Source: an uncultured Nitrososphaeria archaeon (GTDB lineage Archaea; Thermoproteota; Nitrososphaeria_A; Caldarchaeales; Wolframiiraptoraceae). Taken from it: 64,000 bases of DNA. How positions within the stretch are numbered: position 1 is the stretch's first letter; every line of letters begins with the position of its first letter. The translations under genes were made by a program, and so were the position numbers. Shown in pieces: positions 9,639 to 18,925 of this stretch. The stretch is taken from positions 1,147-65,146 of the forward strand of contig CAZKRR010000001.1 of assembly GCA_964555135.1 (NCBI GenBank). Reading direction: 5' to 3'. The notes beneath the pieces were generated by a model that was given only the letters and a program-made list of their open reading frames with translations, had not been told where the DNA came from and ran no database searches.

Positions 9639-10820
9639 TTAATCAACTCTCTCGATCATTATAGAGGTTGCACCACCCGTACCGTGGCAAAGAGCTGCCA
9701 CACCCCTGAAGCAATTATAGTGCTCCATCGCATTGAGTAATGTAGTTATTATTCTTGCTCCACTTGCACCTAACGGGTGTCCCAAAGCAATTGCACCTCC
9801 AAAAACATTCAACCTGCTCCTACTGACTCCCAACAAATCTTCAAACAATGCTGTTGATACTGCGAAAGCTTCATTATTTTCAAATAAGTCTATATCATCA
9901 AGTGTTAACCCTGATTTAGTTAACAGCTTTCTCACAGCATGGATTGGTGCTTCTGGAAAACGCCATGAATCTGTTGCTACCCAGCTATATCCAGCTATCC
10001 TTGCTCTAACCTTTAGGTTGTATTTTCCGATGGCTTCTTCACTTGCTAGTAGTATGGCAGATGCGCCATCACTAATTTGGCTTGAAGTAGCTGCAGTATG
10101 CATCCCGCCTTGAAAGATTGGAGTTAGCTTGGACATCTTCTCTAGAGAAGTATCTGGTCTGATTCCTTCATCGATCTCTAAGATTACTTTATCATCTAAT
10201 ATTATGGGGATGATTTCTTTCTTGAAATACCCATACTTTGTTGCATTGTATGCTCTCATATGACTTTCATAAGCTATCTCTTCCAGTCTCTCACGATTAT
10301 ACCCTCTCTCAGCAGCAACCATATCTGCTTCTTGTAACATAACCATACCATTGAAAGGGTCTCTAAGGCCTTCGTAGACTAGCGAATCTAATATTGTTAG
10401 GTCTCCAGTATAATCTATTTTAACCCCCCATCTATATCGGTATGGTATTATGAATGGAGACCTGCTCATACTCTCCATTCCGCCTGCAATTATTAAATCA
10501 GCATCTCCAGACTTGATGAGTGATGCTCCATTGATAACCGCCATCATCCCTGAAGCGCAGACCATGTCTACGTTAAATGCATCTACATTATTTGGGACTC
10601 CAGCCATAATGCTTGCTTGGCGTGCAGTATTCTGTCCAGCCCCATCACGGATAACCTGACCCATTATAACTATGTCTAGAATACTTGGATCAAGACTATT
10701 CCTTTCAAGTATTTTCCTAATTACAAGAGCTCCTAACTCAGCAGCTGAAAACCTTGTTAATGACCCCCCAAACTTTCCTATGGGAGTCCTAATAGCATCA
10801 ACAATATAGACCTCTCTCAT
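9639..10820 (-). CDS. acetyl-CoA C-acetyltransferase (thiolase II)
   Basis: MREVYIVDAIRTPIGKFGGSL N-terminus, an active-site cysteine region VDMVCASGM, and C-terminal NVFGGAIALGHPLGASG. Confidence 0.8.
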   Translation of the reverse strand: MREVYIVDAIRTPIGKFGGSLTRFSAAELGALVIRKILERNSLDPSILDIVIMGQVIRDGAGQNTARQASIMAGVPNNVDAFNVDMVCASGMMAVINGASLIKSGDADLIIAGGMESMSRSPFIIPYRYRWGVKIDYTGDLTILDSLVYEGLRDPFNGMVMLQEADMVAAERGYNRERLEEIAYESHMRAYNATKYGYFKKEIIPIILDDKVILEIDEGIRPDTSLEKMSKLTPIFQGGMHTAATSSQISDGASAILLASEEAIGKYNLKVRARIAGYSWVATDSWRFPEAPIHAVRKLLTKSGLTLDDIDLFENNEAFAVSTALFEDLLGVSRSRLNVFGGAIALGHPLGASGARIITTLLNAMEHYNCFRGVAALCHGTGGATSIMIERVD

Positions 10821-11058
10821 GAAGAAATCTCCTAAATATGTATAACTATGAATCTTTTAATGAATATTACTGAAAATTATGCATCCTGTTCTCTACTAGC
10901 CTTCGTGGCATCCTTTAAACTAGAATAAATTTATTACGATTGTTTTAGCCACTCCATCTTTTAATGATGATAATGAATTAAGTTGATAATTCTCAAGTCT
11001 AAGTAGATTGACTAGTTTCACGAATTACATCTACCAAAGAGTATTTAAATATCCTTAT

Positions 11059-11484
11059 ATGTATGCAAGCATAGATGTGGATAAGCCGGAAACTGCTAAG
11101 ATTCTTGTTAATGAGGTTATGACTAGGAGTTTGATTACCGTTACCATGGGGAGTAGTATTGAAGAAGACGTTAAGAAAATGATTGAATACGATGTTGAAT
11201 GCCTTCCAGTAATCGACTCAGAAGGTACATTGCATGGTTTAGTTACCTTTAGAGATATTGTTACGAAGGCTGTATTAAGTAAGGTGAACATACAGCAGCT
11301 TAAAGTTGAAGATATAATGACTAAGAATCCTATAACATGTAGCCCCACATCCACGGTCCTAGAAGTTGTAAGAATTATGAAGAATAAACATCTCAGAAGA
11401 GTTCCTGTGGTAGAGTCTAGTAATAGATTACTAGGACTAATTACAGATTTTGATTTAGCATTGCTAGGCTGGGAAGTAAAGTAA
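11059..11484 (+). CDS. CBS-domain pair protein
   Basis: Two CBS-like repeats (VMTRSLITVTMGSS...CLPVID; IMTKNPITCSPTSTVLEVVRIMKNKHLRRVPVV). Start set at ATG 11059; the track TTG 11008 is also possible. Confidence 0.55.
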   Translation: MYASIDVDKPETAKILVNEVMTRSLITVTMGSSIEEDVKKMIEYDVECLPVIDSEGTLHGLVTFRDIVTKAVLSKVNIQQLKVEDIMTKNPITCSPTSTVLEVVRIMKNKHLRRVPVVESSNRLLGLITDFDLALLGWEVK

Positions 11485-11619
11485 GCTATTAACTGCATGT
11501 AATGTATAGTCTCAAGAAGCGTGATACCCCAAAGGTCGAAGTGGGAACTAATAGGGGGCTCTTATGGGAAGATTAAAATTAACTAGATAAGATGCATCTT
11601 GATAGATTGTAGTGTTTGT

Positions 11620-11907
11620 TTAAATGGGATTAAAGACTAAGCCTAAAATCTCTAATGTAACAACTGCTAGAATAGGGTAGCAATCTTTTTCACCTAGTAT
11701 AACAGGTGTATGTCCTTCCCCCTGCGGTGGAATTATGTAGGATTCTGAAACTTTCCTCTTTATTACAATTCCATCAGCTAGTATGAATTCATGTTCCCTA
11801 ACCGGGTTCAATCCTATCTTTCTCCAGACGTCCCCGGAAAAAACAGTATATGTGGTCCCACTATCTATTAAGAGTCGAACTTCCTCTTCACCAAGCGGAC
11901 TTCTGAC
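11620..11907 (-). CDS. retropepsin-like aspartic peptidase domain ORF with no canonical start codon for the full domain
   Basis: In-frame translation upstream of the track TTG continues as EEEVRLLIDSGTTYTVFSGDVWRKIGLNPV (D-S/T-G catalytic motif plus LGL) down to a stop at 11908-11910. The full domain has no ATG/GTG/TTG. Confidence 0.3.
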   Translation of the reverse strand, partial: VRSPLGEEEVRLLIDSGTTYTVFSGDVWRKIGLNPVREHEFILADGIVIKRKVSESYIIPPQGEGHTPVILGEKDCYPILAVVTLEILGLVFNPI

Positions 11908-12145
11908 TCATCCATCATATAGGTTATCCTCATGACGTGCACCAGCTAGATGCTATCCACAGTGATACATTATCAACTTTACTATTCTTAAGAACACTAG
12001 GATACTTCATGAAAAACCACAATAGTAATTACAACAGAACCATTGAGCTGAGTATTTAGTTGCTCTATGTATTGGTGAGTCTAAGTATGTGTGCATGGTT
12101 TTGGTTTAGAGGACAATGTTAAGTTTAAGTCTTGGAGGACATGCT

Positions 12146-12580
12146 TCAATCTCCAGCATTCATGTTACAAAAAGTCTTGATCTTCTCTACCATCTCTCTC
12201 GGTAGAGGGACGGCTTGCCCCTCTCTAATATTTGCTGAAACTATTACAACATGCCCTTCTGCAGCCTTCTTACCACTTGTTAGATTATTGATAATAAAGT
12301 GGTATCGTATTGATTTTTCTCTGATTTCATCTATCCATAATGTTACTTCTATTAAATCATTAAACTTGCAAGGTGACAGATACCTACAGTATGCCTCAAT
12401 TCTTGGAAACCATATATCATAACTGGAAAATGATTGGAAATCCATGCCGATGGAATTATAGAATTCTTCTTCAGCCCTCTCAAAATATCTAAAATAATTT
12501 GAGAAATGTACTACTTTAGCAGCATCCGTCTCAACCCATGAAACTCTAAACCGAATGCTGAAAGATTTCATAAAGATCAA
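12146..12580 (-). CDS. acyl-CoA thioesterase, hotdog fold (YbgC/4HBT-like)
   Basis: FRVSWVETDAAKVVHFSNYFRYFERAEEEF is the typical 4HBT thioesterase N-terminus. Confidence 0.65.
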   Translation of the reverse strand: MIFMKSFSIRFRVSWVETDAAKVVHFSNYFRYFERAEEEFYNSIGMDFQSFSSYDIWFPRIEAYCRYLSPCKFNDLIEVTLWIDEIREKSIRYHFIINNLTSGKKAAEGHVVIVSANIREGQAVPLPREMVEKIKTFCNMNAGD

Positions 12581-12750
12581 ACTATACCTCTACAAAGTCA
12601 TTATAAGCCTTTATCTATCCTGAATAAGAGAAAGTGGTAGTTAATGATACTGATTCCTCCCTATACGTCTTCTAATTCTCTAATAAACATGGGGAAACCT
12701 CTATTAAATACATTTACCATCGTATTCTTGATTTGACTAGAAGGTGACGT

Positions 12751-12978
12751 ATGGGGATGAGTGAAGTACTTAAGAAGATTACAATGTTTAGAGCGTATCT
12801 ACATCAATCTCTAGATAAAGAAGTGGAGGTGATTACAGCTAGAGGTGAGCCGATATATGGAAAACTAGTTGGCTATAGCTTAGACTCCGACCCTCCCGTA
12901 ATAATCGTTGAGAACATGAGAGAACGATACTTCATAAACCTTAGACATGTTGAAAGTATTAGAAGCACAATTCAATAA
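12751..12978 (+). CDS. small Sm-like (LSm/SH3-like barrel) protein, tentative
   Basis: 75 aa. KEVEVITARGEPIYGKLVGYSLDSDPPVIIVEN resembles the Sm1/Sm2 beta-strand pattern. Confidence 0.35.
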   Translation: MGMSEVLKKITMFRAYLHQSLDKEVEVITARGEPIYGKLVGYSLDSDPPVIIVENMRERYFINLRHVESIRSTIQ

Positions 12979-13208
12979 ATAATCTCTCTTTATCGTAGTT
13001 TGTTTTACCTTATTGAATCAACGATCCTCTATACCTCCTTAACTACTTATTATTAAAAATAAAATTTTAGAGGTCTTCCTGAGAGACCCACTTTATAAGC
13101 TTCTCTGCAATGTCTCTCAACTAAATAAATTTGAGTATAATATGAATGACTAAATAGTATCCTCTATCAATTAAGCTTATCTATTTCATTCTTGTTAGTA
13201 AATTCTAG

Positions 13209-14306
13209 ATGAAGGTCCTTGTCTTAGGAGGAGCTGGGGATATCGGTTCTGCGATTGCAGAGATACTCTGCTCACTCAATGTTGATGAAGTAGTCCTCGG
13301 CGATGTAAATCAAGCCAAAGCTGAAGAGGTATCTAAAACTCTTAGGTCCAGGGGATATGGAGTATACGCATCTAAAGTTGATGCTCTAAAAATTGATTCA
13401 TTAAGAGAAGCTTCGAAAAGAGTTGACGTAGTTGTTAATGCTGTTGGCCCATTCTATAAGTATGGGTTTAATATTACGAAGAATTTAATTGATGCCGACC
13501 TAAACTTCGTTGATGTATGTGATGATTATGATGCAGCCGAGAAGATTCTAAGTCTTAATGAATTAGCAGCTAAGAAAAAGTTATCTGGGCTCACAGGTCT
13601 CGGATGGACACCTGGTTTATCGAACATCCTCGCTTTAGAAGCATCGGATAGAATAGGAGAACTAGATCATGTCCATATCTACTGGGTTGGCTCGGCAGCT
13701 GATTCAAGAGGACTAGCTGTAGTAATGCATCTATTCCATGCACTCATAGGTAGGGTTCCCATGTATCTAGGAGGAGAATACGTATACGTGGATGCGGGAA
13801 GCGGTGGAGTAAATGTAGAGTTTCCAAAACCTATTGGAGCCATTAAATTATATTATACTGGTCATCCAGAACCTATTACAATACCTAGATATATTAAGGT
13901 AAAAAATAATGTGACCGTGCATGGTGGGCTCATACCCTCATGGCAGAATGGTTTCGCTAAGTTCCTACTGAAAATCTTAAAGATAGATTCAGATGCTAAG
14001 GTTGAGAATTTATCAAGGTGGATTCATAGAATTGAAGATATCTTTAGAGCTGGAGGTTTACAGCTTAGTGCTGTGAGGGTTGATGCAGAGGGAAAAGGCA
14101 AGAAGATATCGTTTATATCCATGGATAGGATGAGAAAGTTGACAGGGTTACCAGCGGCTTTAGGAGCAGTAAAACTCATTAGGGGAGAATTAGATTTTAT
14201 TGGAGTCAAACCCCCCGAAGCAGTAATCAGAGACTCGAAGCTCTTTATACATGAACTCTCTAAACATGGTATAAGTATTGGGTGCTCAGAGTTTAGTCTT
14301 TCATAA
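13209..14306 (+). CDS. saccharopine dehydrogenase-like NAD(P)-binding protein
   Basis: N-terminal Rossmann MKVLVLGGAGDIGSAIAE; size and domain layout fit the saccharopine dehydrogenase family. Confidence 0.55.
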   Translation: MKVLVLGGAGDIGSAIAEILCSLNVDEVVLGDVNQAKAEEVSKTLRSRGYGVYASKVDALKIDSLREASKRVDVVVNAVGPFYKYGFNITKNLIDADLNFVDVCDDYDAAEKILSLNELAAKKKLSGLTGLGWTPGLSNILALEASDRIGELDHVHIYWVGSAADSRGLAVVMHLFHALIGRVPMYLGGEYVYVDAGSGGVNVEFPKPIGAIKLYYTGHPEPITIPRYIKVKNNVTVHGGLIPSWQNGFAKFLLKILKIDSDAKVENLSRWIHRIEDIFRAGGLQLSAVRVDAEGKGKKISFISMDRMRKLTGLPAALGAVKLIRGELDFIGVKPPEAVIRDSKLFIHELSKHGISIGCSEFSLS

Positions 14307-14700
14307 TCCATAAACGTTCTCTTCTAGTAAATCTTTTTCTCGCATATTCAATGAGATCCCTGATCCTCTCACTTGATCTAACAATCATCCCTTCTATAAG
14401 TGCGGAGAGAATTAAAGGATTCATCCTATTTAACATCGATTCAACTTCATCATAAGTATAAATGAATATGTCTATCCTTGGGATTCCTAACTCAAACGTG
14501 ATCCTGAATCTATCAAGTATATTTATTTTCTTGACATCATCACTCACTACCAATACGTCTAGGTCGCTCCATTCACCTCCTCCTCTTCTACTCCATGACC
14601 CAAAAACTATTACTCCTTCCATCTCAAACATTCTGCTTATCTTATCAACAATTTCTTCTATATTTCTAGTCCAGCTTTCTCTAAGCATTCTCTCACCCAA
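14293..14700 (-). CDS. minimal nucleotidyltransferase (MNT), antitoxin-like
   Basis: VIVFGSWSRRGGGEWSDLDVLVV NTase motif. Overlaps the upstream HEPN ORF by 43 nt. Confidence 0.7.
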   Translation of the reverse strand: MGERMLRESWTRNIEEIVDKISRMFEMEGVIVFGSWSRRGGGEWSDLDVLVVSDDVKKINILDRFRITFELGIPRIDIFIYTYDEVESMLNRMNPLILSALIEGMIVRSSERIRDLIEYARKRFTRRERLWIMKD

Positions 14701-15071
14701 TTAATTATTCTCCTAGCAGATTCTAATGCTTTCATAGCTGTTGCCTCATCATAGTACATGCCTGGATATCCAGACTCGAAAGCATTAGGGTATCTTGATG
14801 GAATGTAATGTCTATCTAGTTCACGCCCCGCGATATATAGCTCCTCATCTACTCTTTCAAGATCTCTTACATAGTCTAGTAATTCAGTTATGCTATGTCC
14901 CCAACTACTCCTACCATAAACATATAGGAGAGCTTTAACAGCTTTCTCAGCAGCTTGCTGAGACTGGAAACAACTCCATTCATAATTCTTAAACCTAAAG
15001 CTATCTTCAGCTGCTTTCAAATCTCTTAGAGACTGTGCAGCCCACCTCTTCGCTTCTTCAAAACGTTCCAA
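14658..15071 (-). CDS. HEPN domain protein
   Basis: CFQSQQAAEKAVKALLYVYG resembles the HEPN core. Paired with the MNT ORF. Confidence 0.65.
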   Translation of the reverse strand: MERFEEAKRWAAQSLRDLKAAEDSFRFKNYEWSCFQSQQAAEKAVKALLYVYGRSSWGHSITELLDYVRDLERVDEELYIAGRELDRHYIPSRYPNAFESGYPGMYYDEATAMKALESARRIINWVRECLEKAGLEI

Positions 15072-15359
15072 GACCTACTATCTATCCTTAGTTAAAGCTT
15101 ATTTAAGCCTTTAATTTTTAAAGAGATGAAAGATAGATAGACATCTACAGATCCTCTTTGAATTGTCATAAAATTTGTATTTGTCTAATGGGATACTTAG
15201 TTGATAGATAGATAGGCGGTTATCTCTTTAAACTATTCGATTTCTAATTTCAAGTTGGTTTGAGGAGATTGTAAAGTTGTTCTTGGATTTTTGTATAAGT
15301 GGCTTATGTAGCAGTTTATATTGTTTGTTTATTCATTAAATGAGTGAAGTGGTGTCAGT

Positions 15360-16385
15360 ATGAAGTTGCCGAACATTGGTAAATTAGATAAGAAGGTTTT
15401 CGATGAAGTAATCTTACCAAAGCTTGGAAGAAGAGATAAAAATTTACTAATACCACCTATTCATGGAGTAGATGCTGCTGCTATAAGGATATCAAGAGAT
15501 GCCGTTATGGTAGTTGCCGAAGACCCTACTTTTGGTATGCCTGTGTTAATGCCTTTCTTTGGTTGGGCCATAGTTCATATATGTGCAAGCGATGTAGCAG
15601 TACTCGGAGCTAAGCCGAGATATATGCTTATATCTCTTCTCTTACCACCGAATACTCTAATAGAAACATTCAAGATGGTTTGGAATCAGATAAACGATGA
15701 ATGCAAAAAGTTAGGCATCTCTATAGTTGGAGGACATACAGGAGTCTATCCTGGGATTGGTTATCCTCTAAATGGTGGATGTGTAATGATAGGTTTCTGT
15801 AGGAAGAGAGATCTTAGACCTGCATCAAACGCTAAGGCTGGCGACGTCTTACTCATTACTAAAGGTGTAGCAATTGAAGCTGCTGGAATCCTAGCCTATC
15901 AAGCAGAAGAAGAATTGAAGAAAATATATGGCTCCGAATTTGTTGAAGATGCAAAGAAACTCTTCTTTCAGATGAGCGTAGTAGAAGATGCTTTAACCTC
16001 TGCTAGATACTGCCATGCAATGCATGATGCTACAGAAGGCGGATTAATTAACGCTGTTTATGAGATGGCTGAAGCCTCAAATCTAGGAGTGATAGTTTAT
16101 GAAAAAGATATAATAATTCCAGAACCAGCCGAAAAAATATGTGCTTATTTCGAGATAGATCCATTAATCTCTATAAGTGAAGGTACCTTAGTAATAGCAG
16201 CTCCGAAAAAGAATATTGGAATGATAAGGAAAGCTTTAAGGAAGAAGAACATAACTTCAGCAGTCATAGGAGAGTTCACAGAGTCAAAAGAAAAGATCTT
16301 AATAAGGAAAGATGGTAGCGAGGAGAAAATCAAGCCTGTTGAAAATGATCCCTTCTGGGAAGCTTACTTTAGAACTTTAAGGTGA
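15360..16385 (+). CDS. AIR synthase-related protein (PurM/ThiL/HypE superfamily)
   Basis: N-terminal GVDAAAIRISRDAVMVVAEDPTF (DDAAV-like motif of the PurM fold) and a central GGHTG-like segment. Confidence 0.6.
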   Translation: MKLPNIGKLDKKVFDEVILPKLGRRDKNLLIPPIHGVDAAAIRISRDAVMVVAEDPTFGMPVLMPFFGWAIVHICASDVAVLGAKPRYMLISLLLPPNTLIETFKMVWNQINDECKKLGISIVGGHTGVYPGIGYPLNGGCVMIGFCRKRDLRPASNAKAGDVLLITKGVAIEAAGILAYQAEEELKKIYGSEFVEDAKKLFFQMSVVEDALTSARYCHAMHDATEGGLINAVYEMAEASNLGVIVYEKDIIIPEPAEKICAYFEIDPLISISEGTLVIAAPKKNIGMIRKALRKKNITSAVIGEFTESKEKILIRKDGSEEKIKPVENDPFWEAYFRTLR

Positions 16386-16391
16386 AAAACG

Positions 16392-16988
16392 TTGAATGAA
16401 AACGAGGTTGACAAAGTTTTAGGAAATCTCGTAAGAGCTGTCAAAATCTTGGAAGAATGCTTTGAATTCGCTGACCTTATACCTGAAGTTAGAACAAACA
16501 TAGTATATGCATTACCAAATGCTCAGACAATAGATGAGGTTGCTGCAATAGAAGGAAGAATAACTAAAATTAATAACAGACCTAAAGCTTGTGGTTATCC
16601 AGCTTTCGGTGCCTCAAGTCACATGGCCAGATTAATTATTGAGATCATTAAGACAGACAAGAATTTGAGAGCTGGAATAAACCTCTCATGGAGTGAAGAA
16701 TTCTCAAAATGGCTTGAAGAATGGTCCAATAAAAACAATATCATATATGGATACATAGATAGGTTTCAAGAACCTGAAGAAATCTCTAAGATTGAAGGAA
16801 GATCGATCCCATGGAAAGTAGAATATCTACTGAGAAAGTACAGTACTATCCCAAGGATATTCTATGAATCCCCTGGAATCGGTAAAGAACCCCTCTTCGT
16901 ATTGATTGGAGAAAACGCTGTAGAAGTTGCAAATCTTTCTGTAAGAATAGCGAAGGAATGGAAAAGAGCTAGAGAAGAACATAGTTAA
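16392..16988 (+). CDS. hypothetical protein, possibly ThiN-like
   Basis: 198 aa, TTG start. Co-oriented 7 bp after the PurM-like gene. Assignment is tentative and from memory. Confidence 0.3.
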   Translation: MNENEVDKVLGNLVRAVKILEECFEFADLIPEVRTNIVYALPNAQTIDEVAAIEGRITKINNRPKACGYPAFGASSHMARLIIEIIKTDKNLRAGINLSWSEEFSKWLEEWSNKNNIIYGYIDRFQEPEEISKIEGRSIPWKVEYLLRKYSTIPRIFYESPGIGKEPLFVLIGENAVEVANLSVRIAKEWKRAREEHS

Positions 16989-17188
16989 CATGGATTAATA
17001 CCTGTATATTGCTAGACTCGGTTTTAAAATTTCTAGATTGATGTCTTCTTATCCCACATGAATAACTGGTCTCTAATAATCCTTATATCCTCTTGTAATC
17101 CTGCATTAAAAAGCTACGATGAAAGAATATATGCAAGCGTTCAAATATTTTTCACGGGGTTAAACTGGCTTCCCGAGCTAAGGATTGG

Positions 17189-17560
17189 ATGAGGCAGGCA
17201 TTAAGAGATTTACAGCATGCAGTGTTATCTATGGAGTTTGGGAGTTATGAGTGGGCATGTTTTGCCGCTCAGCAAGCTGCTGAGAAAGCTGTTAAAGCTC
17301 TCTATGAAAGTAGAAATATGGAGGTTTGGGGGCATTCAGTGTCAAGAATGCTCGAAAATCTCAAAGATGAGCTTAAACCTGATTCGAGCCTTATTGAAAA
17401 AGCAAAAGAACTTGATAGAAACTATATACCGACACGCTATCCTAACTTCCATGTTGAAGGTGCCCCAATGGATTACTATACCAAGAACGATGCAATAAGG
17501 GCGATACAATATGCAAGGGAAATTATTGAATTCTGTAGAAGTAAAGGTGTTCAAGCTTAA
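17189..17560 (+). CDS. HEPN domain protein
   Basis: CFAAQQAAEKAVKALYESRNMEVWGHS matches the HEPN ORF at 14658..15071. Confidence 0.65.
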   Translation: MRQALRDLQHAVLSMEFGSYEWACFAAQQAAEKAVKALYESRNMEVWGHSVSRMLENLKDELKPDSSLIEKAKELDRNYIPTRYPNFHVEGAPMDYYTKNDAIRAIQYAREIIEFCRSKGVQA

Positions 17561-17927
17561 CATTGATTATATTATGGAGAGAGTAAGAAGCTATGCTGAA
17601 GAATTAGTTAGTAAGAGAATAGCGGAAGCGGTAATACTATTTGGGTCTCTTGCTAAAGGAACTTATTCACCTTTCTCTGATATTGATGTATTGATTCTCG
17701 TAGAGGATGCTCCACCCAACCCTCTTGATAGGATAAGTAAATACATAGATCCAAGGCTTCCTCTAGATATTGAACCAAGAGTTCTAACAATTAATGAATT
17801 CTTCAATATTATTAAGGAAGAGAGAAGATTTGGAAGGGAAATACTAGAAAACGGGATAGTCCTAGCGGGAAAAACAGAAATTCTTGAAGAAGCTAGAAAA
17901 CTCTCCTTCATCATCAAGAATAAGTGA
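17511..17927 (+). CDS. minimal nucleotidyltransferase (MNT)
   Basis: AVILFGSLAKGTYSPFSDIDVLILV NTase motif. Overlaps the HEPN ORF by 50 nt. Confidence 0.7.
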   Translation: MQGKLLNSVEVKVFKLNIDYIMERVRSYAEELVSKRIAEAVILFGSLAKGTYSPFSDIDVLILVEDAPPNPLDRISKYIDPRLPLDIEPRVLTINEFFNIIKEERRFGREILENGIVLAGKTEILEEARKLSFIIKNK

Positions 17928-17995
17928 AAAGAAAATTACAGAGCCACAGATTAGAAAGTATACGAAATGCTTATCTTGACTCATATAATCTCTAA

Positions 17996-18122
17996 GGGAA
18001 AATGCGGTAGTGTCCGGATAAGGGGTTATATAGCTTAGAAAGCTTTCTATAAACAGATAGGTCGGGAGAAAGCCACCTCTCAATAGTATTTAAAGCCTTA
18101 TCCGGACACTAGCGGGAAAATC
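17996..18122. repeat. long imperfect inverted repeat (16-bp perfect arms TAGTGTCCGGATAAGG / CCTTATCCGGACACTA, extendable to about 19 bp) flanking a roughly 70-nt palindrome-containing core; candidate structured ncRNA or MITE
   Basis: Read directly: GGGAAAATGCGGTAGTGTCCGGATAAGG ... CCTTATCCGGACACTAGCGGGAAAATCC. The inner AGAAAGCTTTCT is a perfect 12-bp palindrome. GGGAAAAT occurs directly on both flanks. Confidence 0.5.
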
Positions 18123-18146
18123 CATGACAATATTTTTATAGACTTT

Positions 18147-18236
18147 CCAGATTGACTCTCTGATTTTAGACAGTTAAAAGATGTAACGGATTCAGACCTT
18201 GAAACTTCAACTTTTTAGATTGACTCTCAGACTTCA
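18147..18236. repeat. two direct copies of AGATTGACTCTC(T/A)GA spaced about 70 bp apart, upstream of the ybaK-like gene
   Basis: Read directly at 18149-18163 and 18219-18233. Confidence 0.4.
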
Positions 18237-18299
18237 TTTAAGAAACCAGTAATCTATTCAATATTTATCTTTAGGCTAGTTCTAAATTGAATGGTTTAG

Positions 18300-18773
18300 A
18301 TGGGAGTTAATGAATTCCATGTTCTCAAGAAGCTGTTAGATGAGAATAACATAGAGTATACGATTCACGAGCATGAGCCTGTTTATACTTCTGAGCAAGC
18401 TGCTAAAGTTAGAGGAGTTGAATTAAAAAGTGGGGTCAAAGCTCTTGTCCTAAAAACATCTAGCGGGGAATTTATCCTAGGCTTAGTAGCGGCCGATAGA
18501 AAAATGGATTTAGAAAAACTTGCAAAGATTGTAGGGGTTAAGAAGCTTAAGCTTGCATCACATAAAGAAGTATTGGAGAAAACCGGATGCGAGGTTGGGT
18601 CAGTACATCCTTTTGGAAATCTTTACGGTCTTCCAACATACCTCGATAGGTCTGTTCTAGAGAATACGTGGGTGAACTTCAATGCAGGTCTGCATACGGT
18701 CTCCGTACATATGAAGTCAGAAGATATGGTAAGATTGATCAAGCCAATAATAGGAGATTTCTCAAAAGGATGA
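18300..18773 (+). CDS. YbaK/EbsC-type aminoacyl-tRNA deacylase domain protein
   Basis: About 157 aa. GVKALVLK...GCEVGSVHPFG pattern of YbaK-like trans-editing domains. Confidence 0.55.
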   Translation: MGVNEFHVLKKLLDENNIEYTIHEHEPVYTSEQAAKVRGVELKSGVKALVLKTSSGEFILGLVAADRKMDLEKLAKIVGVKKLKLASHKEVLEKTGCEVGSVHPFGNLYGLPTYLDRSVLENTWVNFNAGLHTVSVHMKSEDMVRLIKPIIGDFSKG

Positions 18774-18925
18774 TAAAGATTATTCTTTAATCTTTCGACG
18801 TACCTAACAAAATGAAATCTTGTAAAATATTAGTAATTACACGTTAAATAGTTTTGCATTCAACTAACTCTTTACACCTAGACAGCTTTACAAACCTAAA
18901 CAATCTATAATTGTCTAACGGCGTC

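Noticed and set aside
10990-11005. Third AGATTGACT 9-mer
   Set aside because: A 9-mer match is expected by chance about once in 64 kb on two strands, so it is not linked to the 18.1 kb repeats.
11008-11058. Upstream TTG start for the CBS protein (track start 11008)
   Set aside because: The first 17 codons (MTSFTNYIYQRVFKYPY) are atypical for CBS proteins. The ATG at 11059 is preferred but not proven.
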